Shown: piece by piece, positions 38,008 to 46,986 of the stretch
How positions within the stretch are numbered: position 1 is the first letter of the stretch
How the letters are laid out: the number at the start of each line of letters is the position of its first letter
Program-made: the position numbers and the translations under genes
Notes under the pieces: generated by a model
What the model saw: only the letters and a program-made list of their open reading frames with translations
Told to the model about the DNA's origin: nothing
The model's database searches: none
DNA from: a virus
Lineage: Duplodnaviria > Caudoviricetes
Reading direction: 5' to 3' (one strand)
IMG/VR virus record: IMGVR_UViG_3300025655_000043
Coordinates: 1 to 56,634 of that record
Length of the DNA: 56,634 nucleotides

Positions 38008-38402
38008 GATTCTTTGTCCCGTACTGGTTTGGTTGTGTGCCATAGTGCGACCCCCATCAACTCATTGACGGTCATTTCATTGATCTTGTCGGCGTGCTCT
38101 CCACCGATCAGCATCCAACGCTTGTCGGTCACGATCAAGAAGTAAGCATTCCCCTCAGCCTTCATCTGCCGCAAGAACCAGTTGGTCTGCTCCTGCGACA
38201 CCTTGTGGTTGGAACCGAACAGCTTGGTCGTGGCGCGGACAGGCTCCTTTGGCGACTTTTGCTCGATCCAGCACTCCACCCCGTCAGAGCAGAAGTTGAT
38301 GTCGGGCATGCCGTTCACCACCACGTTCTCAACCCTGTCCAACCGGTCTCGACCTTGAGGCAGGTTTGCTTTCAACACCTTGTAATCGTTGCTTTCAGCC
38401 AT
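37950..38402 (-). CDS. PD-(D/E)xK nuclease (VRR-NUC / Holliday junction resolvase-like)
   Basis: GMPDI......WIEQK and Q..W motif; lies between polymerase and helicase. Confidence 0.75.
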   Translation of the reverse strand: MAESNDYKVLKANLPQGRDRLDRVENVVVNGMPDINFCSDGVECWIEQKSPKEPVRATTKLFGSNHKVSQEQTNWFLRQMKAEGNAYFLIVTDKRWMLIGGEHADKINEMTVNELMGVALWHTTKPVRDKESWTKLRQTLSSKPNPTATS

Positions 38403-41151
38403 CGAGCCTCCGCCACTTGGTGATGAACGCATAGCGAATGTTGTTGAAGAACTTGGCTCGGATCATCAGGTGCGACCCCGTCGGCACCCGCTCCAACAAC
38501 TCCCTGCCGAAACGCTCGAAGTCGTACCGGCCAATGCGACCGCCGATCGTCCCAGAGTCGTCCCGCAACCGCACGTCCACGAATTCCAGTGGTCCGGTGC
38601 CGACCTTGCCTCCGCGCTTCTTGACGTTGACCTCTTCGTTGTAGTTGCGAGCGTTCTTGTAGATCAACTCGCCGAGGAACACGCGCTCTTCGTTGTGGCG
38701 GATGTTTTCCAGATCCTTGATCTCGACAACGTCGCTGGCGATTCCGTGCGTGGACGGATCCTCGTACAAGTGCAGGTAGTGGCGACGGAACGGAAAGATG
38801 TCGGCGAAAATGTTCTCAGCCTTGTCGATGTCTTCGCGCTGCTTGTCGGTGAGCGTGCCGGAGTTGCGTGCTTCGATCAGCTTGGCGGCTTTGCTTTCGC
38901 CGATGCCTTTCAACGCCATGAACCCGCCGTAAAGCATTCCGTCCTTCGCCGACCAATTCATCTCTGACTTGTGCAGGTCGAACGGCACGTACTCGATGCC
39001 TTCACGAACCATCTCGCGCAGCAACTCGACCGCGCTGTCTTCGTCCTTGGCGTTGCGCAGGTTGGCCGCAGCAAACTCCAGCGGGTGGTGCGCCTTGAGA
39101 TACGCTGTCCAGTAGCTGATCACAGCATAGCTGAACGTGTGCGCTTTGTTCATCTGCCAAGCACCCATCGCGTTGATGGTTTCCCAAGTGGCGCGTGCTT
39201 CGGGTTCGCCGATGCCTTGGCTCGCCGCTCCGTCCTTGAACTTGGTCCAGTAGGTGTCGAAGAACTCCTTGCCCATGCGCTTGGACATCGCCTTGCGGAT
39301 GGTGGATGTTTCCTTCCAGTCGAACTTGCCGATCTCGCGCACGATGGCGAGCGTTTGCTCTTGATAGACAGGCAGTCCGTAGGTCTCCTTCATGTGCTCT
39401 TCCACCAGCGGGTGGATGGGCGTGTAGGCTTCGCCTTTCTTGCGACGAACGTACTTTTCAGTCACGCCACCGCCGAAAGGTCCAGGACGCGCCAGAGCCG
39501 TAACCGCGTCGATCTCGACAATGGTCTTGAAGTCGATGTCGCGGCTGATGGCTCGCAGAGCGTTGCCTTCAAACTGGAAGATGCCGCAAAGCCGACCTGC
39601 GTTGAACACGTCGTAGGTCTTCTCGTCATCGAACGGCAAGCTGTACCAGTCGATGCCCAAGCCGCTGTCTTCAAGCACGCCGAGCGTTCGCAGACCGAGC
39701 ACGTCAATCTTGAGCAACCCCAGCTGTTCAGCCGCGCCTTTTTCGATGTGGGCGATGCCGTCGGCGTCCACGGTTGCGTAGTTGGTGATCTCTTCGTTAC
39801 AAACCAGCAGCCCTGCGGCGTGCACACCGGTGTGGGACGCGTGACCTTCCAAGAGCATGGCGGCTTTGGCTTGTGGGTATTGCTTGATGAACTCTTGTCC
39901 AGGAGTGGTTTCGTTGAACGTGTCTTCCAAGCAGTTGTTGGCGCGTGAGTCGGCGGACGACCGCTCGATCATTGCAACCTTCACCGCACCGGTCGCCTGC
40001 GCAGGGATGTTCAACGCCTTGCACACCTGAATGAGCGCAGACTTGGGGCGGAACTGACCGATGGTGCCGATGTGGGCGACGTTGGTCGCGCCGTACTTGT
40101 CGGCCATGTATTCGAAGACCATGTGACGCTTGGAGTCAGGGAAGTCCAAGTCGATGTCGGGCAGGTCGGTGCGGCTCACGTCGATGAAACGCTCAAAGTA
40201 CAGCTTGGGCGGGATCGGGTCGATCTCGGTGATGCGGGTCAGGTAACAAACCAACGAACCAGCCGCTGAACCGCGCGATGGACCAACAAGCATGTGTTGC
40301 TTGGCGTAGTGCACCATGTCAGCGACGATCAAGAAGTACGACTCAAAGTCCTTGGACCGGATCAAGTCCAGTTCGTACAGCATGCGCTCTTCATACTCTT
40401 GCGTCCAGCGGTCTTCCATCTTGCGGAACTTGATGCCTGCGCGGCACAGTTCTTCAAGGTTGCCTGCGGTGCGCACCATTGGTGCTTGCGGCAGCTTCAA
40501 CTCAGCGCATTCAGCAGCAATCTCGGCAGCTGTATCTTGATGGTCGAGCGTGTCCAGGATCCACTGCGGCGTGGTCTTGGCACCCGCCTTGGACGCCAAC
40601 TCGAACACAGCGTCGTCCTCTGGGTAGGCGTAGGCGTTGTCGCCGGTGCTCACGACGCGCAACCCGTGCTGTTCAGCGATGCGCTGCTTGCGGACGTTCA
40701 GGATGCGGCTCGACGGGTTGAGGTCGACGATCGCGCCGATCTCCTTGAGGAACTCACCGTCAACGATCTCGCCAGCGAACTTCAGAATGTTGTCCGACAT
40801 GTTGAGGACGTCGTTGCGGTACAGGCGCGGCAACGCACCCGTACGCGTAGGGATGGTCTGCTGGTGGCTTTTGCTGGTGGCCCTATACAACTCCCCAAGA
40901 CCGTCCTTGTTCTTGGCTAGAAACCACATCCTGTGGGCCAGTTCTTCGTCCGAAACGACGCACTCAACGCCAAGCATCGGTTGGATGCCTGCAGCCTTGC
41001 ATTTCTTGAACCAAGTGACGTGTCCCCACGTTGATCTGTCCACGATCGCCGCAGCTGTGCAGCCGGTTTCTTTCAGCCGCTGGATGACGCGGTCGATCGG
41101 AGCGAACGTGTCGCCGAAAGAATATTCAGTCTTGATTTTTAGATGGATCAT
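38395..41151 (-). CDS. dnaE: Family-C DNA polymerase (Pol III alpha-like), about 918 aa
   Basis: N-terminal PHP-like H.K..YS..D, RGSAAGSLV, PDIDLDF, HAAG, LLKIDVLGL, GIFQFE, NKAH..SYA. Confidence 0.95.
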   Translation of the reverse strand: MIHLKIKTEYSFGDTFAPIDRVIQRLKETGCTAAAIVDRSTWGHVTWFKKCKAAGIQPMLGVECVVSDEELAHRMWFLAKNKDGLGELYRATSKSHQQTIPTRTGALPRLYRNDVLNMSDNILKFAGEIVDGEFLKEIGAIVDLNPSSRILNVRKQRIAEQHGLRVVSTGDNAYAYPEDDAVFELASKAGAKTTPQWILDTLDHQDTAAEIAAECAELKLPQAPMVRTAGNLEELCRAGIKFRKMEDRWTQEYEERMLYELDLIRSKDFESYFLIVADMVHYAKQHMLVGPSRGSAAGSLVCYLTRITEIDPIPPKLYFERFIDVSRTDLPDIDLDFPDSKRHMVFEYMADKYGATNVAHIGTIGQFRPKSALIQVCKALNIPAQATGAVKVAMIERSSADSRANNCLEDTFNETTPGQEFIKQYPQAKAAMLLEGHASHTGVHAAGLLVCNEEITNYATVDADGIAHIEKGAAEQLGLLKIDVLGLRTLGVLEDSGLGIDWYSLPFDDEKTYDVFNAGRLCGIFQFEGNALRAISRDIDFKTIVEIDAVTALARPGPFGGGVTEKYVRRKKGEAYTPIHPLVEEHMKETYGLPVYQEQTLAIVREIGKFDWKETSTIRKAMSKRMGKEFFDTYWTKFKDGAASQGIGEPEARATWETINAMGAWQMNKAHTFSYAVISYWTAYLKAHHPLEFAAANLRNAKDEDSAVELLREMVREGIEYVPFDLHKSEMNWSAKDGMLYGGFMALKGIGESKAAKLIEARNSGTLTDKQREDIDKAENIFADIFPFRRHYLHLYEDPSTHGIASDVVEIKDLENIRHNEERVFLGELIYKNARNYNEEVNVKKRGGKVGTGPLEFVDVRLRDDSGTIGGRIGRYDFERFGRELLERVPTGSHLMIRAKFFNNIRYAFITKWRRLDG

Positions 41152-41704
41152 CGGCTTTGTCCTCCTCAAACAAAAGTTCAAGGAACCCGTCCTTGGCGAT
41201 GCATTCGTGCAACGCCTTCACGTCGTCCAACGCTCGGTGCGTTTGTGCCAGTGGGAACCCCATGATCCGCTCGTACAACTCCAACAGCTTGGGACGCTTG
41301 CCGAATTGCGAGTGATATTCTTGGACCGTGCAGACAACCTGCTCTGGCCACGGGAAGTCCGTGCACTCAACTCGCTCCAAGTCCAACTCCAGCATCTTCT
41401 TGTCGAACGGCGCGTTGTGCGCGATCAACACTTGCGTGTCGGTGAAGAACTCCTTGAGGTGCGGCAGGAAGTCTGTGAAGGTCGGCTTGTCTGCCAGCAT
41501 TTCGTTGGTGATGCCGGTGATCTTGGTGATCTCCTCAGTGATTTCAACCTCTGGATTCAGCATCTGGTTCAACTCGCGCACCACGCCGTCTTTGTTGACG
41601 ACCACAGCCCCTAGTTCGATGATGCGCGGTTGCTTGTCGAGCGGCGCGGTCTTCGGCAGAGGCAAGCCAGTTGTCTCTGTGTCAAATATTACGATGTTGG
41701 TCAT
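41126..41704 (-). CDS. dnaQ: DEDDh 3'-5' exonuclease (Pol III epsilon-like)
   Basis: FDTETTG, AHNAPFD, HRALDD. Confidence 0.92.
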   Translation of the reverse strand: MTNIVIFDTETTGLPLPKTAPLDKQPRIIELGAVVVNKDGVVRELNQMLNPEVEITEEITKITGITNEMLADKPTFTDFLPHLKEFFTDTQVLIAHNAPFDKKMLELDLERVECTDFPWPEQVVCTVQEYHSQFGKRPKLLELYERIMGFPLAQTHRALDDVKALHECIAKDGFLELLFEEDKADDPSKNQD

Positions 41705-41871
41705 TTTGACTCCTCTTTCTTTTGCGCGTCCTTCAGCCACCTGTAAATGGACCTCGACGACACTTTACATTCTGCGGCAGCCAAAACTACACTTGTGGCT
41801 TTCGCTCGATACAAGGCCTCCACTCGCACTTCGTCGCTGTAGCCGTAATCAGGGTGATATCCCAGACTCAT
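41701..41871 (-). CDS. Small helix-turn-helix protein, about 56 aa
   Basis: SVVLAAAECKVSSRSIYRW HTH pattern; start may extend to 41913. Confidence 0.65.
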   Translation of the reverse strand: MSLGYHPDYGYSDEVRVEALYRAKATSVVLAAAECKVSSRSIYRWLKDAQKKEESK

Positions 41872-41918
41872 GATCTGATTGCTCCCACTGGTTTGTTTTG
41901 CCGTTGAGATCATTTGAC

Positions 41919-42395
41919 CTATTCCTGTGCCTGATCGATGCGCACGATGAACTTCAGGTCTACCCCAAGAACTTGCTTGGTGTCGAAGATCACGTAGTTG
42001 TACTTGCGCTTGCCAGCGATGACGGGGTTGGTGTGCGAGTCGGTGAACACCTCCTGCGCCACAGCATATCCGCGCTCATGGAAGAACTTGCGCCACTCGA
42101 CCAACTCCTCCGCCGTGCAATGCATGCCGAGGTGGCTGACCGTGTTGCGACCGCGCATCAAAGAGTCAACCCAGTTCTCACCATCGGTGTAGTCAAGAAC
42201 CTCGAACTCTTTGCCGCCGAACAGTTCATAGTTGAAACTGAGGTCGGCTTCATTGGTGCCTGTCTTGCCGAAAACTTTGCCGGTGGCGACAACATGGTCG
42301 TTGTGCCATTCGACCGCACCCATCTCTGAGAGAAGTACTTTGGCGCGGATAGGGTCTGCGGGTGCGATGGCGATTTGTTCAATGACGAATTTCAT
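41919..42395 (-). CDS. VOC/glyoxalase-fold protein (methylmalonyl-CoA-epimerase-like), 158 aa
   Basis: IEQIAIA, EFEVL, VSHLGMH, YVIFDTKQVLGVDLKFI follows the paired beta-alpha-beta-beta-beta pattern. Confidence 0.65.
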   Translation of the reverse strand: MKFVIEQIAIAPADPIRAKVLLSEMGAVEWHNDHVVATGKVFGKTGTNEADLSFNYELFGGKEFEVLDYTDGENWVDSLMRGRNTVSHLGMHCTAEELVEWRKFFHERGYAVAQEVFTDSHTNPVIAGKRKYNYVIFDTKQVLGVDLKFIVRIDQAQE

Positions 42396-42397
42396 GG

Positions 42398-43066
42398 TTA
42401 GGCTCCATAGGGAAGAATGCAACCGGTGAGGTGCTTGTGGTGGTTCTTGTCTTGCAACAAGAAGGCGATGAACTCAGCAACGCGCTCTGGGGGAGTTTCC
42501 TCGCCGCAAAGCAAACCGTTCAGTTGGTATTGCTGGGCGTACTCTTTGGTCCAGCCGCGAGTCTTGACGACCTGATTGTCGATCGCATCGCTCATGCCTG
42601 TTCCTTTGAGTTTGTTGGGCGCGATGCCGAACACGGTGATGCCGTGCTTCTTGGTCAACTCACGCGCCAGTTGCAACGTCATGATGTGCGCCGCGCCTTT
42701 GGAGGCGTTGTATGCCAGCGAACACGTCATCGGCATGTGCGCCGCGTTGCTCACGATGTTTAGGACGGTGCCTTTGCTTTCGATCAGCAGCGGCAGGTAC
42801 GCTTGGGTCATCTTGAAGATGCCCTTGGCGTTGACGTTCATGACTTCGTCCCACTGATCTTCGGTGAAGTTTTCCAACCAATCGATCAGGTTGACGCCTG
42901 CACAGTTGATCAGCACGTCCAGCTTTTCGCAAGCGATTCTCGGCTTCAGGATGTCGTCGCCGGAGTTGCGGTCGTAGGCGATCACTTCGTGGTTGTCTTT
43001 TTCCAACGCTTTGTAGATGGCAAGACCAAGACCCTTGGCTGCGCCGGTTACGAGAATGGTGCTCAT
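42398..43066 (-). CDS. Short-chain dehydrogenase/reductase, 222 aa
   Basis: TGAAKGLG, LINCAG, NIVS, YNASK catalytic motif. Confidence 0.93.
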   Translation of the reverse strand: MSTILVTGAAKGLGLAIYKALEKDNHEVIAYDRNSGDDILKPRIACEKLDVLINCAGVNLIDWLENFTEDQWDEVMNVNAKGIFKMTQAYLPLLIESKGTVLNIVSNAAHMPMTCSLAYNASKGAAHIMTLQLARELTKKHGITVFGIAPNKLKGTGMSDAIDNQVVKTRGWTKEYAQQYQLNGLLCGEETPPERVAEFIAFLLQDKNHHKHLTGCILPYGA

Positions 43067-43356
43067 TGCTTCTGCTCCTTTTCGATTAGGGATTGAACCA
43101 TGGCTGCGTAAACTGCGCAGTCGTGAATGCTGTCGACGTGGGTTAGGTTGCTGTTGGCGAAGCGTGTCAGCTTCACGATCATCAACTCGAAAAGGTGCCA
43201 CGTGTTGAAGTCTTCCTGCGTCTTCAACTCGACGCCTTCAGGGAACAACGCGACCATCACGTCGCCGACACGCTTGTAGTTGTCGCCATAGACCTTGTTG
43301 CGTTCGCGGAAGGTCTCGGCCATTTCCGCGAGGATGTCTGCTGCGTTCTTTTTCAT
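43063..43356 (-). CDS. All-alpha MazG-like nucleotide pyrophosphatase candidate (DUF6378/Nmad1-like), 97 aa
   Basis: ER.KVYGD, M.VKL.R, DS..D.AVYAAM. Confidence 0.65.
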   Translation of the reverse strand: MKKNAADILAEMAETFRERNKVYGDNYKRVGDVMVALFPEGVELKTQEDFNTWHLFELMIVKLTRFANSNLTHVDSIHDCAVYAAMVQSLIEKEQKQ

Positions 43357-43832
43357 CTGATCTTCCTTGGGTTGGTATAGGCGCACACGTTGTGGATGCA
43401 GGTGTGGTAGCCCTTGATGTTGTGATCGCGGTACATCTGCACCACGTCCTGCCGGTCGTCGTACGCGCAAAGCACATCGGTCGGATCGGCGTCCATCAGC
43501 TTGAAGAACTTGCGCAGCTGGCGCTGTTTCAAGTCAATCGATTGCGAATGGTCGTCGGTCGGGCGCATGAGCAACGCGGCGCAATCGATGCCATTGCGTT
43601 CGAGCCACTCTTGCGTGATCGCTGCGTAAAACTCTGGGCGAGCCGTGAACACGACGATCTCAGTGCCTTCCGGCAGCTTGCGCACGAGGTCTTGGTTGCC
43701 GAAAGCGTCGAACCCTGCCAACAAGTGGTACCGGTGGTAACGCTCGAAGGGATGGTCTTTGGACCAGTCGATTTCATTAATGCGCCAGCCGTCATCGCTG
43801 ATGGTGTTGTCTAGATCGAAGATGGCGTACAC
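43353..43832 (-). CDS. HAD-family phosphatase (T4 PNKP phosphatase-like), 159 aa
   Basis: IFDLDNT, FTARPE, LLMRP, K, YDDR. Confidence 0.88.
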   Translation of the reverse strand: MYAIFDLDNTISDDGWRINEIDWSKDHPFERYHRYHLLAGFDAFGNQDLVRKLPEGTEIVVFTARPEFYAAITQEWLERNGIDCAALLMRPTDDHSQSIDLKQRQLRKFFKLMDADPTDVLCAYDDRQDVVQMYRDHNIKGYHTCIHNVCAYTNPRKIR

Positions 43833-43834
43833 GG

Positions 43835-44197
43835 TTATTTGCTCCTCTCTGCGATGCGAGCGCGGTTGGCAGAGATTGCTTCACCGTCGGGGATCCAATG
43901 GCACCACCAGTCCTTGGCAAGGATGCCGGTGGGCGGCGGCGTGTCGTAACCGACCTTGTAGCCGCGACGCAGCATCTCGCCGCGCAGCTGGTAGAAGCGT
44001 TGCGTGCAGAACGTGAGCCGCTTGTAAAAGAACTTCACGTGACCGGTGCCGAGAGTATACCGCTCTGGGGCGGTGACCTTGCGGTTGGCGTGGTAGGCTT
44101 TGGCAGCCAACGTGAACACGCGAGGCAACTCTTTCCATTCAGCCAACAGGTGTTGGCGCGACAACTCTTGCGGTGGGACGCAGTTGATCCGTGTCAT
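43835..44197 (-). CDS. denV: Pyrimidine-dimer DNA glycosylase (T4 endonuclease V homolog)
   Basis: MTRIN...QHLLAEWKELPRVF and LGTGHVKFFY match T4 DenV, including Thr2 and Glu23. Confidence 0.93.
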   Translation of the reverse strand: MTRINCVPPQELSRQHLLAEWKELPRVFTLAAKAYHANRKVTAPERYTLGTGHVKFFYKRLTFCTQRFYQLRGEMLRRGYKVGYDTPPPTGILAKDWWCHWIPDGEAISANRARIAERSK

Positions 44198-44200
44198 GGC

Positions 44201-44920
44201 TCAACCTCCCTTGCGCATCTTGTCGACGATCTTGAGCAGCTTGCCCTTCTTGAGCAGGTCACCGCCGTACTCACGTTGCGCGAATTCCTCGATCTCGGCA
44301 AAGTAGTCGCGTCCCTCTTGGAACAAGAACTTCTCTGCCCATGGGTGCACTTCGAGCACAGCGTCCACCATTGCGTTGACGACCTGCTGGTACTCGCCTT
44401 GCGTGCGACCACCGGTGCGGGACTTGGCCAGATCGACGAAGGTTCGCAGGTTGAACTTGCACACGATGTTGGTGGAGATGTTGGTGGGCAGAACGCCGCG
44501 TGCGTCCTCGACCGCGTGACCCATGTCGAGCAGCTTGTTGTAGGTGTGCTTGATGACGGCGAGGCACTGGTTGACGGCTTCCATGGCGGCGGGATCGGCT
44601 TTGATCTTGTCGCTGTGGATGTATTCGAACTCTCCCATGTTCAGCACGCGCATCGTCTGCTGGGCGTAGGACGCCTGACGGGTGCGAACTTGTTGATGCG
44701 TGTACGCTCGGCTCACGCCTTCCACGAGGAACACGTAGTCCACGAACTCCCAACTGGAGGGAATCGTGTTGGCCATGTATTCCAACTCAGCCATCTTCTC
44801 GGTGTGGGACTTGGCGCGGATCTCGTCCAGCAGTCCTGGGGACATTGTCAGACGCGTCGCCTTCGTGAACATCAAGAGGTTCTCGGCGTCAGGGGTGTAG
44901 CTAATTAAAGTGACTTTCAT
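44201..44920 (-). CDS. thyX: Flavin-dependent thymidylate synthase homolog with variant signature
   Basis: EGVSRAYTHQQVRTRQASYAQQTMR, EDARGVLP, NLR; canonical signature is RHR-x7-S-x-R. Confidence 0.82.
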   Translation of the reverse strand: MKVTLISYTPDAENLLMFTKATRLTMSPGLLDEIRAKSHTEKMAELEYMANTIPSSWEFVDYVFLVEGVSRAYTHQQVRTRQASYAQQTMRVLNMGEFEYIHSDKIKADPAAMEAVNQCLAVIKHTYNKLLDMGHAVEDARGVLPTNISTNIVCKFNLRTFVDLAKSRTGGRTQGEYQQVVNAMVDAVLEVHPWAEKFLFQEGRDYFAEIEEFAQREYGGDLLKKGKLLKIVDKMRKGG

Positions 44921-44976
44921 TGCAGTTCTCCGTTCTGAGGTTTTTGCGAGGGGTGGTCAGCCCCTCGCGGTTGGGG

Positions 44977-45387
44977 TTACATCAATACGAATTCATGACC
45001 ATCGAATTCAGCCTTGCCATCCGCTTTGAGTTTCATGCGGAACTTGATGTGGGAGCCAATCGGCAGTCCTAGCGCGACGAACGCTGCTCGCACCGACTTG
45101 TATTCGGCTTTGCCGTTAACCAGCACACCGTTGCGTTGAGAACGAGCAGCCTTCACGCCAGCGTCAGACCAGCTGGCCGCTACTGCCGTGCTGCGTGCTT
45201 CGTTCTTGGGCTTGGTTTCAACTTGGGTTTCCATAGGTTTCTCCTGAAGGGATGGGTGTGCAGCACGCGCATTCTTCAGTTGCCGGATGCCTGCTGCACG
45301 CGATGAAAACTTCTTGATGCACTTGCCGGTGAGTTGGTTGTACTCGGCAACCATCGATGAAGTGGTCATTTGGTTGATGTCAAACAT
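44977..45387 (-). CDS. Basic hypothetical protein, 136 aa
   Basis: GGAG SD; two small basic domains. Confidence 0.75.
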   Translation of the reverse strand: MFDINQMTTSSMVAEYNQLTGKCIKKFSSRAAGIRQLKNARAAHPSLQEKPMETQVETKPKNEARSTAVAASWSDAGVKAARSQRNGVLVNGKAEYKSVRAAFVALGLPIGSHIKFRMKLKADGKAEFDGHEFVLM

Positions 45388-45402
45388 AGCAGTTCTCCGT
45401 TC

Positions 45403-45570
45403 TCAGTTAACTCGCGCACGGGTGATCCACCCCTGCTCGTACAACTCGCCTACGGTCATGTCACCGCATTCGAGCAGCATTGCGAAATGTTCGATTGCCT
45501 TTTCTTCGCTGTCGTAGAGCGTGAACTCCGTGCGGTCGTCAAGGTCGATGTAGCAGACGTAAACTTCCAT
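45403..45570 (-). CDS. Small acidic hypothetical protein, 55 aa
   Basis: GAGGAG SD before ATG 45570. Confidence 0.65.
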   Translation of the reverse strand: MEVYVCYIDLDDRTEFTLYDSEEKAIEHFAMLLECGDMTVGELYEQGWITRARVN

Positions 45571-45581
45571 GGCCGCGCTCC

Positions 45582-45755
45582 TCACAGGGTTGGTTGCTGC
45601 ACGGAGACCGTGTAGCCCAAGTCTCGGATCTGCGCGATTGCGCGGTCGGTGAAGGTCTTGGTGCCGATCAGGTCGGCCAGCTTGCGCGCAGTGTCGCAAA
45701 CGGGATACACTGCGCGGTTGCCGAAGTTGTTGGTGATGCGGACGATGATGTTCAT
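45582..45755 (-). CDS. Small hypothetical protein, 57 aa
   Basis: GAGGAGGT SD before ATG 45755. Confidence 0.7.
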   Translation of the reverse strand: MNIIVRITNNFGNRAVYPVCDTARKLADLIGTKTFTDRAIAQIRDLGYTVSVQQPTL

Positions 45756-45765
45756 GGCGACCTCC

Positions 45766-45963
45766 TCAACCAACAACATTGAAGTGAAAGTGGATGCCGT
45801 TCTGCATGGCGACTTCGCCGACGAACACGGGGAAGAACCGTCCGTCCTCGCTCGTCATGATGAAGTGGCGCAGACCCTCGAAACCTTTCTTGGCAACAGC
45901 TTTGCGGGCATTGTCAGCGGTGGCATAGGTCTTCGGGGCGGTGATGGTGAATTCGCGGTTCAT
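45766..45963 (-). CDS. Small hypothetical protein, 65 aa
   Basis: GGAG SD; first gene after promoter at 46011-46039. Confidence 0.75.
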   Translation of the reverse strand: MNREFTITAPKTYATADNARKAVAKKGFEGLRHFIMTSEDGRFFPVFVGEVAMQNGIHFHFNVVG

Positions 45964-46010
45964 GGTGTTCTCCAGTTCTTCAGTTCTCCGGTCACGTCGA
46001 CCGTAACAGT

Positions 46011-46039
46011 ATTATCCAACATATTTTTCTGTCCGGCAA
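46011..46039 (-). promoter_or_regulatory. Promoter TTGCCG-N17-GATAAT
   Basis: Near consensus, 17-bp spacer. Confidence 0.7.
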
Positions 46040-46042
46040 CAT

Positions 46043-46954
46043 TTATTTTGCATTCGCTCGCATGCGGTCGTAAGTCGTTGTGTTCATTAGCTTTTTCAAC
46101 ACTGCCACGTCCTGAATCACGTCGTCTAGGAGCAGGTTGCGCCACGTTCCGAACCGTCCGAGGCTGAAGATGTTGTGCTCGTGGGTGAGGTAGAAGATGA
46201 ACTGCTTGCGCCAGGAGTCGTTGATCTTGGCGATCTTGCCGTAGCGTTGTGACACCTTCTCTATAGGCACGCAGTCGCGCTCGCTCAACCCGAACGCTTC
46301 GAACAGTGGGTAGTCGTCAGAGGCGTCCACGTACTCCGCGATGAGCAGGTCGCCAGTGATGCTGGCGCGGTACAAACTGGTTTCCAGTCCTGGGAAGTAC
46401 ACCGTCTGAAACACATCAGCGTTCGGCACGCGCCACCGCCGCACCGTGATCGCCTCGTGGCTGAAGGTTGGTGCTGATTCAATGAACTCGCGGCTCAGTT
46501 CGTTGGCCATGAACTTGACCATCACGTTCATCGGGAGCGTGCTGATGGCCGGTTCTTTTTCGGTCAACACCTCCTCACGCGTCAAGGCGTGGTTCCAAGT
46601 GATGCGACCGGCGCACCGCTCGATCAGGAGGCTGATGAAGTCTTCCGGTGCGATGAACCGCTCGGACGTTTCGAGGTTCCAGATGCTGCGGTCAGCCAAC
46701 CGCCCGATCACTTTGCGCGAGTACCAGTTGGCGAGTTGGATGCTCGGCGCAACACTCTTGCCGTCCAGCCACAACCCCTTGTGCACCTTCACCTTGCGGA
46801 AGTCGATGCCGACCGCGTCTCCAACGGCTGAACTCCTGAACCGCAAAACAGCCTTGTGCTGACCGGTGTTCTCTGGCGACGCTTCGAAGAGACGCGCCTG
46901 TTGAAACATGCATCCGGCGAGCAAACCCGCGATGCCAGCACCATAGATCTTCAT
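46043..46954 (-). CDS. FAD-dependent oxidoreductase/mutase-like flavoprotein, 303 aa
   Basis: N-terminal IYGAGIAGL..(FE) Rossmann motif; C-terminal LGRFGTWRNLLLDDVI resembles the end of UDP-galactopyranose mutase-type flavoproteins. Confidence 0.75.
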   Translation of the reverse strand: MKIYGAGIAGLLAGCMFQQARLFEASPENTGQHKAVLRFRSSAVGDAVGIDFRKVKVHKGLWLDGKSVAPSIQLANWYSRKVIGRLADRSIWNLETSERFIAPEDFISLLIERCAGRITWNHALTREEVLTEKEPAISTLPMNVMVKFMANELSREFIESAPTFSHEAITVRRWRVPNADVFQTVYFPGLETSLYRASITGDLLIAEYVDASDDYPLFEAFGLSERDCVPIEKVSQRYGKIAKINDSWRKQFIFYLTHEHNIFSLGRFGTWRNLLLDDVIQDVAVLKKLMNTTTYDRMRANAK

Positions 46955-46986
46955 GTTATGTTCTCCGTTCTGAGTTCAGTCACGTT

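Noticed and set aside
41701-41871. HTH gene as an IS transposase remnant or lysogeny repressor
   Set aside because: No catalytic domain, terminal repeats or integrase; it is coupled within the replication operon.
44946-44968. Hairpins at 44946-44968 and 34769-34788 as terminators of the minus-strand arm
   Set aside because: No U-tract follows in the transcribed direction; more likely stability or processing elements.
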